This document shows positions 1 to 10,777 of a DNA stretch of 26,936 bases, piece by piece. Positions within the stretch are counted from its first letter, which is position 1, and each line of letters starts with the position of its first letter. Position numbers and translations under genes: made by a program. This DNA comes from Chiloscyllium plagiosum. Its lineage: Eukaryota. The stretch lies in NCBI RefSeq assembly GCF_004010195.1, contig NC_057720.1, positions 7,136,196-7,163,131 on the forward strand, read 5' to 3'. A model generated the notes under the pieces. That model made no database searches, was not told the origin of the DNA, and worked only from the letters and a program-made list of their open reading frames with translations.

Positions 1-425
1 CCCATTCTCCTGCCTGCTCCCATAATCCCTAAACCCAACACTAATTGAGAACCTATCTATCTCTGTCTCAAATACACTCAGTGACTTGGCCCGCACAGCC
101 CTCTGTGGCAATGAGTCCCACAGATTTGTCACCCTATGGCCGAAGAAATTCTTCCTTATCTCAGTTCTAAGGGTTGTCCTTTCACTCTGAGGCTGTGTCC
201 TCAGGTCCGAGTCTCTCCTACGAGTGGAAACACGTTCTCTATGTCCACTCTATCCAGGTCTTTCAGCATTTTATCAGTTTCAATCCGATCCCAACATCCT
301 TCTAAACTCCACTGAGTACAGACCTCAACCTCTCCTCAAATGACAAGCCCTTCATCCCTGGCATCAAACTTATAAACGTCCTCTGGACCCCCTCCAAGAC
401 AAGCATATCCATCCTTAAAAGTGGA
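1..425 (-). mobile_element. CR1/HER1-type LINE 3' fragment
   Basis: Reverse complement resembles the plus-strand LINE 3' pieces at 1783-2170 and 4180-4665. Confidence 0.7.
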
Positions 426-1149
426 CCTTGCTCTATTTCCACTCATTGTTCATATGTTCTCAGGTTAAGGCTAAGAAAGTTGTTATAATTTTTGAAAATA
501 GGAGCAGCAGTAGGCCATTCAGCCCTTCTAACATGCTCTGCCATTCAATATGATCCTGGATATTCCCTTCGCACAACTCATCATTCAAGATGCATGGAAA
601 GTGTTTGAACTTACTATGTTTAAAGGATCAGTTTGAGCTCCCAGAGTTAAATCAGTGAACTCTCAGTGTATACTGCAGCCATGAGAAGACACGAGTTCAT
701 TTACGATGTAACAGGGGCCACATATCACGGTTTCAAGGTTTCTTTTGAACAAAAACTGAGATGAAATAGTGTCAGCTGGTAGCCTGGATGGAGACAGCGA
801 CACAGGGATCAGTGAGCGCTGTAACTGTGGGTGACACATTTTGGATTAACATTAAGCCCAAAGTTTTTGGTAGACGTTGAAATATCACAAGGAACAAGTC
901 ACAAGAGAGAAGCATCTTGTACTGCAAATTGCAGGCAACAATTGTTTATTTTCTCTTTTACTGCTGTTGCCAAAAATAGATAAATGGATCTTCATACGAT
1001 GGTTCATCCAAACTGGCTGCCCCATTGAACTCCTTAACAATAGTGATATAATGTAAACTAATGAAGAAATCTCTTTATAATTGCATGACAATAAATGTAC
1101 ATGCAAGATGTACTTATAAACTTGCTTCAAACAGCAGTTATTACCTTAA

Positions 1150-1510
1150 TCAGGAGGGAGGCCTCGTGGCCTTATCACTAGTCTGTTAATTCAAAGATCC
1201 AAGTAATGTTCTGAGGACCTGGTTTCAAATCCCACTACAGCAAAATAATGGAATTTGGATTGAATAAAACCCTGGAATTAAGAGGCTAACAATGATCATG
1301 AAACTGTTGTCAATTGTTGGAAAATCCCACCTGGTTCACGAGCATCCTATCGGGAAGAAAGTCTGCCATTTTCACCTGGTCTGGTCTACATGTGACTCCA
1401 GACCCACAACAATATGGCTGAATCTCAACTGCCCTCTCGATAATTAGGGACAGGTAATAAATTCTGGCTTAATTGGCAATGCCCTCATCCTGTGAATGAA
1501 TAACAAAAAT
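1150..1510 (+). mobile_element. tRNA-derived SINE (SacSINE1/DeuSINE-like family)
   Basis: B-box-like ggtttcaaatccc, body ...ctggttcac...tacatgtgactccagacccaca..., tail gtgaatgaataacaaaa. Homologous copies at 1590-2310, 16020-16805, 17825-18350 and 23610-23975. Confidence 0.7.
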
Positions 1511-1589
1511 AAAACTGATGCATTGTAACACCTTGTGATTCATGTCCACACTACATGCTGTTTTAAAAAAAGTTCTCATTTTAAAAAAA

Positions 1590-2310
1590 AATCTTTCACA
1601 GGATGTGGGCTAGGTCAACATTATTACCCATCCCTTGTTGCCCACAGGGCAGTAAAAAGTCAACCACATTGCTGTGGGTCTGGAGTCATGTGTAGGCCAG
1701 ACCAGGTAATGATGGCAGTTTCCTTCCCGAAAGGACATTAGTGAACCAGATGGGTTTTTTTTTCCCTGACAACTGATCCATTGGTAGATGGGAGTTCAAA
1801 TTGAGGAACTGTTTTCAAGATGATAAAAGGTGTGGAGCAAAGAGACGTGGAGCCGATTCTGCCTCTTGTGGGGCGTTCGGGGACGAGAGGCCACAGTCTT
1901 AGGATAAAGGGGAGCAAATTTAAAACAGAGTTGAGGAGAAACTACTTCTCCTAAAAGGTTGAGAATCTGTGGAATTCGCTACCCCAATGGGCAGTGGATG
2001 CTGGGACAGTGAGTAAGGAGGAGTCAGACAGATTTTTAATTGGTAATGGGTTGGAGGGACATGGAGAGAAGGCAGGAAAATGGGGATGAGGAGCATATCA
2101 GCCATGATCAAATGGCGGAGCAGACTCGATGGGCCGAATGGCCTAATTCTGTTCCTATATCGTATGAACGTATGGTCATCATTAGACTCAATTCCAGATT
2201 CTTAGTGAATTCAAATCCTCCCACCTGCCATGACAGGGTTTGGACCTGGGTCCCTAGAACATTACCTGGGTTCCCGGATTAATAGCAACAACACCACTAG
2301 GCCACGCCTC
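1590..2310 (-). mobile_element. Same SINE family in reverse orientation, interrupted by a CR1-type fragment
   Basis: Reverse complement of the 1150-1510 family at 1590-1782, resuming at about 2171 (atggtcatcattagactc). Confidence 0.7.
1783..2170 (+). mobile_element. CR1/HER1-type LINE 3' end nested in a SINE
   Basis: ...gagttgaggagaaactacttctc...gatcaaatggcggagcagactcgatgggccgaatggcct..., a typical elasmobranch CR1 3' UTR. Confidence 0.7.
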
Positions 2311-2754
2311 CCCCTTTGCTGACAATTACTTTACCACAGACTGCTGCAAGTTAGATGCACTTCAAGAAAGAATTGGCTTTCCTCGCTCAGAGTCAAAATA
2401 GCTGTGATGTAGAAATGACGCTCGAAGCTTTCCCAAGCTGCACTGAGGGCAGACGGCCTCAGCCCAGGAACACATAAGGCATCAGCGTGAACCACAGTGA
2501 ACGAAACACAGAGCAAGCGGAAAGAAAGCTCACCAGAGGATCTTTGTTCTTGCGTAGTTTGAGAAGAAAACGGTATTTGTACCTTCGGGGGCTGGGGGGT
2601 GGTGAGGGGGAGAGAAATGGTGGGCGGCATTGCAAGGCAGAGAGTCTTCATGCAACACATTTGCAAAGCAGGGGGGGAAGAGTCTCGAGGGAAGGGGCGG
2701 AGTGTTGCTTGTGCAAGCTCAACAAAAGCAAAAGCAACATCACAGTGGAGTTAC

Positions 2755-2793
2755 CTTAATATACGCCCGACAAGTCCTCTCTCTTTTTTGGAG
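2755..2793 (-). CDS. ADGRL2: Latrophilin-2 39-nt mini-exon in the GAIN domain (phase 0-0, skippable in frame)
   Basis: ggaaaag|CTCCAA ... ATTAAG|gtaact. Translates LQKRERTCRAYIK, resembling the mammalian ADGRL2 insert LQKREKTCRAYLK as I recall it. Confidence 0.92.
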
Positions 2794-3009
2794 CTTTTCC
2801 AACGATAGGAGAGACAGAATTCAACACAGAAAAGAAACAACACAGAAAGGATTAGTAGGGAAAAAGAGGATAGCAGAAACTCTCCAATTGTCCCTGCTTC
2901 CCCCATGCCACAGCGTCTCAGGCGTGCATTAGGAAAAGCAGGTATCTCTTGCTACCAACAAATGGACGCGATACGATCAAAGGTGCTACTCCAGTGTCAT
3001 TGACCTTAC

Positions 3010-3195
3010 CTTATTGAAACTGCGACCCACGGTGTCTTTCTCACTGGGTCGTAGCTCCTGGAGCTGCGCATCCAAAATGTCAACGAGCTGTTCCATCAGC
3101 CTGATCGAGGAGCTGACGTCTCCTGCGTAGATGGGTCCCCTGGTGTGCTTGGCCAGTTCATTTGCCAGATTGGCAGCGTTTTCCCCACTCCGGAT
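3010..3195 (-). CDS. ADGRL2: Latrophilin-2 internal exon: GAIN subdomain A helices (186 nt, phase 0-0)
   Basis: ttacag|ATCCGG ... AATAAG|gtaagg. Hand translation gives [62 protein letters not shown] (not in the ORF track). Confidence 0.96.
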
Positions 3196-3365
3196 CTGTA
3201 ATCATGGATTTACACACGCTCAGCAGGGTCTCTCAATCGTGACCAAGAGCATCCCAACACACAAGTTAGGAGTGCGCCCCTCGGCTCCGTCATTTAATAC
3301 ACTCATGGCTGATCTGATTACTCCACACTCTCGGCTCCACACCCCACCCCTGATAGACTTTCACT

Positions 3366-3765
3366 GGTTGTGTGCACGGCTCAGACCATTGTGGAAGCCA
3401 ACCTCCTATCGGTGGACTCCATTTACCCTTCTCGTTGCCGTGGAAAAGCTACCAACATCATCAAAGACCCCTCCCATCCCGGTAATGCTCTCTTCCAACC
3501 TCTTCCAACAGGTAGGAGATACAAAAGCTTAGACACACGTACCAACACGTTCAAGACCGACTTCTTCCTTGCTATTAGCAGACTGCTGACTGGACCTCTC
3601 AAATTTCAAATCTGATGTTAATCCTGCTTTGTGCCCCTCCTGTGTAGCTGTAACAGTGTAGGCCTCACTCTTTCTAAGCACCCTATGACCTGCCTATCCT
3701 GCTGGCAAAACAAAATTTTTCAATGTACTTCGGTACATGTGATAACAATAAGTCAAATCAAGTCC
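3366..3765 (+). mobile_element. Rex1/Babar-like non-LTR retrotransposon 3' end
   Basis: ORF 3370-3615 contains IIKDPSHPGNALFQPLPTGRRYKSL...FF, typical of the Rex1/Babar ORF C-terminus. Ends in aataagtcaaatcaagtc. Confidence 0.75.
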
Positions 3766-4069
3766 CACTTGCATAATATAGAATCTATCTTTCTCTGCCT
3801 TCAGGATATTCAAGGGCTCTGCCTCCGCCAACTTTCAAGCAAAGAGTTCCCAAGACTCGCCACTGTCTAAGAGTGAACATCCCTGCTCCTCTCACTCTGA
3901 AGCTCCCTTACACCATGTCCCTATGCCCCATGAAGTGTTGTGATCTAAATGGACAGCAGCAAGCACAGACCCTAATTCGTAGAGACCTGAACCTGCCTGA
4001 GTGACACACAGTAGCTTGGAGGGGCTCTGCAGGAGGGCACTATTGCGTTCACACGTTTGTTCTGCTTCT

Positions 4070-4178
4070 CCATTTCGGATACAGCTTCCTCTCCACAGAT
4101 GCTGCCAGACCTGCTGAGTTTCTCCAGCATTCTCTGTGCTTGCTTCAGATTTCCAGCATCCACACTATTTTGTTTTTG
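4070..4178 (+). mobile_element. Diverged Penelope-like terminal fragment
   Basis: gatgctgccagacctgctgagtttctccagca...gatttccagcatc matches the tail of the GIY-YIG element at 16697-16760. Confidence 0.6.
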
Positions 4179-4179
4179 A

Positions 4180-4665
4180 AGATATCGTGGTATTAGAGGC
4201 AGTCCAGAGAAGGTTCTCTGGGTTGAGACAGATATGGAGGGATTGTCTTATGAGGGAGGACAAGGAAGTTAGGCCATTACTCATTGCAATGGAGAAGAAT
4301 GAAAGACGACCTTATGGCAAATACAAGGTTCTTAGTGGGACTTGACAGGGGAGATGCAGAAAGGTTGTGGGTGAGTCTGGGATCGGGGGCATCACCTAAG
4401 AATAAGGGGTTGTCCTTTTAATACAGATGGAGAATAATGACTTTTCACAGAAGGTAGTAGATCTGTGGACTTATTTAACACAGAGATCTGTCGAAGGCTG
4501 TATATTCAAGGCTGAAATAGACAAATCTTTAATCAGTCAGGGAATTTCGAGTTTGTGTGAAAAGGCAGGAGAGAAGGCTGAAGGAGGGTCAGATCAACCA
4601 TGATCTCACTGACTGGTAGAGAGACTTAATGAGCTGAATGGTCTACATCTGCTCCTATGGGTCTT
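4180..4665 (+). mobile_element. CR1-type LINE 3' fragment
   Basis: Degenerate LEAVQRRF motif (ORF 4136-4345) and CR1 3' UTR. Confidence 0.7.
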
Positions 4666-5719
4666 ATGAAGTTATCACTCCAAAATGACAACAATTTGGG
4701 AAACTGGTCTGTCTGGAGACAATGAAAACATTGTGAGTCCAATAAGAATATTGGGAACATGCGTCTGAAATTAGCTAAATGGCAACAATTTGAATGCGAG
4801 GCTTTCCTGTGTTAAAGTTGTTGGGCTGTTGTATCTTTAGCACCTTCCAGCTCGGCTATCAATTGTGTAATCCGGACCTTTGTATGAATAGAAAGCCTGA
4901 AAGGCTAGAGATCTCTGCTGTCAAGGCCAGATTTGCAAATGCTTAATACAGTTGAATTGAATTTCACATTCCTGACACATGAACAGAGGCACACCCCATT
5001 TAAATTAAGACTAGCATCTCAATTAAAATGGCATCTGACACAAGTTGAGAATTTTATATGAAGAGATCATCATCAGCAACTGGCTGACTGAGCTCCACTG
5101 GCAGAATAAATAATTTGGACATTTTCTCACCCATTTTTTTTGCTCCGTGCAAATGTAGAATTTCAAAACTAAATGACCCAGCGACTGATAGAGAGACGCA
5201 AATCTATTTAAAATTGCCTTTACTTGGCTCTGCCACACGGTAATCAGGGATGCTACACAAATACTCTTTAAATTCCCAATTATCTCCCTGTGCCAGCCCA
5301 TAAGAAAACTAATATTTCTATCATTTCACAAGCCACAAATTGGTCGTCAAGGGTAACCAGACTGGAAGGTCAAGGCTCCACAATGTAAAGTTCAAAGGCC
5401 ACCTGGCTCCTGAGGATAATTGCCCGCAATGTCTATTTGATCCTTTGAAACAGAAAACTTTGCCTTCTTAAAGCCCCGAAGGCGAGGATATATAATGACT
5501 ATGCATGCAAGTTATCCTTTGAGGTCGTTGTACCTGCGAGGTATAAGTTTGGAAAATCTTTAAAAAAGGCATTGAGCCGGCACAGGGGGAGGATGTGTTG
5601 GGAGAGAGAGAAAAAGAAACAACGCATTTAGCGAGTTATATCTCCAAATTGAATTCTCAGCACTCGGTTTTAATTTCTGGTGGTTGGCATTTAAACAAAA
5701 TAAAACCGCACAAACAAAC

Positions 5720-5823
5720 CTTCTGTGCCACTTGGTTCACCCAATGTGATGTACAGTTGCTAAGATCAGGACCCTTAGGGTTCCACAATCCCGTAGAAAC
5801 CATACAGAGATAAGAGGCAGTGC
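5720..5823 (-). CDS. ADGRL2: Latrophilin-2 internal exon: second half of the HormR domain (104 nt, phase 1-0)
   Basis: cttgtag|GCACTGCC ... GCACAGAAG|gtttgt. Translates (G)[34 protein letters not shown], in frame with the upstream exon. Confidence 0.96.
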
Positions 5824-6149
5824 CTACAAGAGATGAAGCAGAACAAATTAGATAAACTTTCAAAGCATCTTCCCGTGCATATAAAACACCAACGGCGCAT
5901 AAATAGTGGTTTAGTCATCGCAGTTAGTCACTGCTGATTTCTGTACCATACACCACCTCTGGCGAGCCACTGACCCAGACAAACGCCCACTATTTAGGAA
6001 AAGCCAACTGCTCGCTATCCAAATCTTCTCCCTCGGTTATAACTCATCCGGCCCACTTTTTGAAGATTTCTGCCACTTTAAAATAAAGGCTATAAAAGCA
6101 ATCAAGTGCCCAGAAATACCTCATCTCTATTTCTCAGTACTTCTGACAC

Positions 6150-6358
6150 ACAGAATCTCAGACTCCCTCCAGTGTGGAAGCAGGTCATTTGACCCAACAA
6201 GTCTACACCGACCCTCTGAAGAGCATCCCACCCAGACCCACCCCCTCCATCCTATCCTTGTAAACCTTGTAAACCATTGCTAACCCACCTCTATATCCCT
6301 GGACACTATGGGGCAATTTTAGCATGGCCAATCCCCCCTAAACTGCACAATCCTGGAC
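6150..6358 (-). mobile_element. HE1-type SINE, 3' part
   Basis: ggacactatggggcaatttt agcatggccaatcc is the reverse complement of the HE1 body at 10040-10070. Confidence 0.65.
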
Positions 6359-6511
6359 AGAGAGTGGTAGACGTTTGGAACACAAATGACTTTGCAGAGC
6401 ACAAATTGTTCTGTTATGGAAGATATTGCAGTCGGTTTTAAAATTCAAGGTGTCCAAAGTCAACATTGCCAGCTAGGCTTGCATTTATTGTTCAGCCTGA
6501 ACAAGGTATGG

Positions 6512-6625
6512 GATTCATGATTTGGAGATGCCGGTGTTGGACTGGGGTGTACAAAATTAAAAATCACACAACAGCAGGTTATTGTCTAATAGGGCTCCAA
6601 ATAAACCTGGTGTTGTGTGATTTTT
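6512..6625. mobile_element. Short fold-back insert (second Penelope-terminus-like family) with 12-bp TSD
   Basis: aacaaggtatgg at 6500-6511 and 6626-6637. Internal inverted repeat 6557-6580 / 6604-6627. Homologous to 23358-23480. Confidence 0.7.
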
Positions 6626-7134
6626 AACAAGGTATGGAATCTGGAGGAGGCCATTCAGCCCCTCAAATGGCCCCACCATTTTATAAAACCATCATCTACC
6701 TCAATCCCGTATACCTCAATCACACCTTCCCACAATTTCCTTCCTTCCTTTCAAATTTATTGACCTCTGCTTTGACTGCACCCTAAATCTGAGAATCAGC
6801 AAGCCTCCAAATGTGGGGAATCTCAAAGGTAGACAGCTCTTCACATGAAGAAACGTCTCAACTCGATCCGTAAGTGCTGCCTACCTCACTCAGAGACTGT
6901 GACCCCATGATCAAGAATCCCAGAGTTCTAGAAATCCCGGATACAGAAGGACAACAGCAACCCTGTCAAGCATCTCAAGAAATTCCGATGTTTCAATTAG
7001 ATCACATTTGTATTCTTCCAAATCCAGGAAATATAGAGGAACCTTGATTATTTGGCATTGATTAACTGAACAAAACTCCTCCCTGCCCTTGTCCTTCAGA
7101 TCATTGAGGTTCCTCTGTTTGTGTTCCCTTAATC

Positions 7135-7598
7135 AACAGCAGGGAAAAGCTTCATTATAAAACTTCTCACTCCTGCCTCCCATTGTCCTGAGGGGCACGA
7201 AGGGTGGATATCAGAGAGATATTTCCTATTGTGGGAGAATTTAAACCCCGAGTCATCGGTTAAAAGTAAGGGGCTGCCTCGTTTAAGACTGGGATGAGGA
7301 AACATTTTTTTTCTCTGAGAGTTGAGAGTCTTTGGAATTTCCTTCCTCAAAAGCCAATGGATACAGAATCTTTAAATATCCTGAAGGCAGAGGTAGATAG
7401 ATTCTTGATGACCACTGGCAGTGGTGGAGGCTGGTACAATTATAACATTTAAAAGGCACCTGGATGGGTATAGGAAGGGTTTAGAGGGATATGGGCCAAG
7501 TGCTGGCAAATGGGACTAGATTAATTTAGGATATATGGTCGGCATGAATGACTTGGACCGAAGGGTTTGTTTCTATGCTGTACGTCTCCATGACTCTA
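7135..7598 (+). mobile_element. Two adjacent CR1-type LINE 3' fragments
   Basis: 7300-7410 is similar to 21790-21890. 7415-7598 is the reverse complement of 21893-22090. Confidence 0.65.
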
Positions 7599-7908
7599 CC
7601 CTGACGTACTCATGTAAGATATGATTTGTTGAATAGCACACAAAACAATATTTTTCACTGAACCTTAGGACGTGTGGCAATAATAAATCAAATCAAATGA
7701 ATTCCTTTGGTGGTAAGATAGGAATTCATTTGATTTGATTTATTTTTGGGGTAATAGAACAAAGTGCAGAATATAGTGATATAGCTACAGAGAAGGTGCA
7801 GAAAAAAATCTACTCTAATGTATAAGAGATCCGTTCATAAATCTGATAACAGCGGGGAAGAAGCTGTTTTGAAATCTATTGATTTGTGTTTTCAAACTTT
7901 TGTATCTT
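7598..7908. mobile_element. Rearranged Rex1/Babar-like 3' end containing a perfect 25-bp inverted repeat
   Basis: Minus 7908-7748 encodes RYKSLKTQINRFQNSFFPAVIRFMNG, like the 3366-3765 copy. Plus 7598-7700 is the distal 3' UTR. IR arms at 7682-7706 and 7720-7744. Confidence 0.7.
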
Positions 7909-8119
7909 CAGTGAAATAACTGGGTTTTTGCAACATTTCCAAGGTCACTTTTACTGTTGCAGGGCCTTTCAACTTCCAGATTTCCAAAAAAATAAATTCA
8001 AATGCAGGTTTCAAAGTTGATCCAACACCTTCCGTAATTGCATTATGCTCCTTGGATGCAGATAATCCATTCAATACAAAAAACAAGCCAAGTTCTTCAC
8101 AGCCAATAACATATTTATG

Positions 8120-8220
8120 AAACCAAAACAGAAGTTGCTGGACAAGCTCCGCAGGTCTGGCAGCATCTATGAAGAGAAATCAGAGATAATATTTTGGGTC
8201 TGGCAACCCTTCCTCAGAAC
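8120..8220 (-). mobile_element. Diverged Penelope-like terminal fragment
   Basis: Minus strand reads CTGAGGAagggttgccagacccAAAA...gatgctgccagacctgcggagc, the same layout as 16652-16760. Confidence 0.6.
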
Positions 8221-8404
8221 ATACGTGTGAAATCGAGCCACTGTTGCAATGCTGCTGCCATATTTTTGCAGGCAAATGCAGCAGACACGTTGTGCACAGC
8301 AAGATCCCATAAAGAGTACTAAACGACCAGATGATCTGCCATTGCTGATATGCTAGGATGCCTCTTGAGAAGACTCTGGAAATATATGAACATTGGGAGT
8401 AAAA

Positions 8405-8612
8405 GATAAAGTCACCATAGTTCTGCATTCTCTCATCATGGAGAGGCTATTGCAGGTGGTTTAACCTGACGGTTATCATGCCTCAGACAAAGGGAGAGGT
8501 TGAGCAGGCAAGTCCTTTGTGATAACCCTCAGCCTGTGTGGGAATTGAACCCATGCTATTAGCTTCATTCCGCATTACAAACAGCTAATAGCCAACTGAG
8601 TCAACTGACCCC
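8405..8612 (-). mobile_element. Third tRNA-derived SINE family (not named)
   Basis: Minus strand has an A-box-like gactcagttgg and B-box gggttcaattccc, ending actatggtgacttt. Homologs at 20315-20530 (+) and 23980-24170 (-). Confidence 0.6.
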
Positions 8613-9798
8613 TATTTTGCCAAGTTACATCAAGAACAGTCATATTTTGAATTGTAGATTGTTAGCTCATACACTGGGCGAGTTATGCCATCCCCTCTCA
8701 CCTTGTTTAGTCAGATAACGAACTACACTGACTCCCCAAATATAACACATGATCAAATACTCATAACAGCATGCTCTTCTTGTCAACCATCGTGAGTTAC
8801 TGTGCCCAGACTTGTCATGGGCATTATCTTTGCAGATTTGCTACTGCATACATATGTCCCCTATCTCAACAGAGGTGCTGTGTGCCTCACCTAAACAGAG
8901 GGATTATGGGGACTGAATCATAACTGCATATCTCAGTCTGAATGTCCCGACTCTAACTGAGTTCCATTTGAAGTTGCACTTGTTTAGCTCACTATAATAA
9001 TACCATGAGAGATCAACAATGTTTCATTTTGTTTTTAAAGACTGTTTTGTTGGAATTCCACCTATTGTATCACTCGATGCATTCAGGAGGGGACTGGGAG
9101 ATTACTTGGACTGAAATAATTTGCAAGGATGCGGGGTAAAAAGCAGGAGATTGGCATCGCTTCAAGATGTTCACTTCATGATGGGCTGAATGGCTTCCTG
9201 TGCCATAGCATTTCTGTGTCCATCCTAATTGGAACAGATGCTCTAAGAGCAGTTCAAATATTATGTACAGCATTGTTGGAGAGGCAGTGACAAACGTGTT
9301 GAAATGGGATTTTTTTGGACGAATAATTGGAGTTGGAGATTGTAAAATACAATCCGTGATCCCAAGGACTGCACTTGGACGCATTCCACAATGATCTCCG
9401 AGCGTGAAAATGCTTCTTTGTGCTTACTGTGGTCGAATTCTGTCCGGCACCATATCTCCATGAGCTTACTGCTACCTCCCACTGTTAAGCTCTTGTGATC
9501 AGCCTCATGCATGTCAGACACTCTCAGTCATGTGCAGCGTAAAGGCTGGATTGGGCCTGTGGTGCTGAATATTCTGTTTGCCATGCTGTCAAAGCTAAGC
9601 AACAGAAGAACCACAATCCACAGCAGTAGATTGGGAGGGTTGTATTTCAGATCTACGTTTAAAACATATTTCACAGGTGTCTCTGGCACCATATATTGCT
9701 TGTCTGCAATCAACCTTGAGAAGATTGTAATGGTGGCAGCCATCTTTAATTGCCACAGTCCTTGTAGTTTCTGTAGCGAGATGGGAGAGAAAGAGCAA

Positions 9799-9845
9799 AG
9801 AGAGAGAGAGAGTGAGAGAGTGATAGAGAGAGAGAGAGAGAGAGA
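9799..9845. repeat. (GA)n microsatellite, imperfect
   Basis: agagagagagagagtgagagagtgatagagagagagagagagagaga. Confidence 0.9.
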
Positions 9846-9863
9846 CTCGACACTTTACAACAA

Positions 9864-10225
9864 GGGAGGCATGGTGGTTCAGTAGTTAGCACTGCTGCCT
9901 CACAGCACAAAGGACCTGGATTTGATTCCAGCCTCATGTGACTGTCTGTGAGGAGTTTGCACATTCTCCCCGTGTCTGCATGGGTTTCCTCCGTGTGCTC
10001 CAGCTTCCTCCCACCGTCCAAAGATGTGCAGGTTAGGTTGATTGTCCATGCTAAATTGCCCCATAGTGTCCAGAGATGTGCAGGTTAGGTGGATCAGTCA
10101 TGGGAATTGCAAGGTTACAAGAATAGGGTGCATCTGATTGGGATGCTCTTCAGTTCGTCGGTGTTCTTCAGATGGTTGGTGTGGACTCCATGGGCTGAAT
10201 GGCCTGCTTCCACACTTCAGGAATT
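9864..10225 (+). mobile_element. HE1-type SINE, full length
   Basis: ggtggttcagtagttagcactgctgcctcacagc head, gagtttgcacattctccccgtgtctgc core, tail gggctgaatggcctgcttccacact. Confidence 0.8.
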
Positions 10226-10227
10226 CA

Positions 10228-10472
10228 ATGAGATGAGGAGGAGTTTCTTCCCTCAGAGGGTTATTAAATCTGTTACAATCTTCACCACAGAGGGATATTG
10301 AGGCTGGGTTGTTCAGTATATTCAAGGCTGACATAGATTCCCCACCAATAGGGGGATCATGGGTTATGGGAAAAAGGCAGGAACGTGGAGTTGAGGATTA
10401 TCAGTTCATCCCATGGTCTTGTTGTTGGAGCAGACTCACTGAAGCTGAATGGCCTACCTCTAGCTCTTGTGT
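10228..10472 (+). mobile_element. CR1-type LINE 3' fragment
   Basis: gagatgaggaggagtttcttc...ggagcagactc...gctgaatggcctac. Confidence 0.65.
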
Positions 10473-10562
10473 CTTCCAGTATAAATTTGGATCCATTCAA
10501 TGGAACCTGGAAAATCAGGGGGCAATTGAAGATGCTGGTGACAGACTCCACTGTGCCTGGGC

Positions 10563-10777
10563 GAAAATGAGTACTACAGATGCTGGAGATTAGAGTCAAG
10601 AGTGTGGTGCTGGAAAAGCACAGCAGGTCAGGCAGCGTTCGAGGAGCAGGAGAATTGACGTTTCGGGCAAAAGCCCTTCATCAGGAAGGGCTGATGAAGG
10701 GCCTTTGCCTGAAACGTCGATTCTCCTGCTCCTCGGATGCTGGCTGACCTGCTGTGCTTTTCCAGCACCTCATTCTT
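10563..10777. mobile_element. Fold-back Penelope-terminus insert with hammerhead-like cores on both strands; 19-bp flanking direct repeat
   Basis: Arms 10593-10684 and 10691-10782 (92 bp each, 6-nt loop). gactccactgtgcctgggc occurs at 10544-10562 and 10778-10796. Confidence 0.8.

Noticed and set aside
2335..2401. Possible 67-nt exon (cacag|...|gtaaag)
   Set aside because: It has a stop at the third codon in the required phase, weak splice sites, and no latrophilin similarity.
1..2754. Next GAIN exon (AIVDTVDNLL-like)
   Set aside because: Not found on the minus strand, so it probably lies beyond the left edge.
9528..9743. ORF with a hydrophobic LLLWIVVLLLLSF stretch as an alternative signal-peptide exon
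   Set aside because: It terminates at 9528 before any good donor site and has no recognisable homology.
9864..9940. tRNA genes at SINE heads (also near 1150, 8540, 19160, 25066)
   Set aside because: Only degenerate A/B boxes continuing into SINE bodies, with no cloverleaf.
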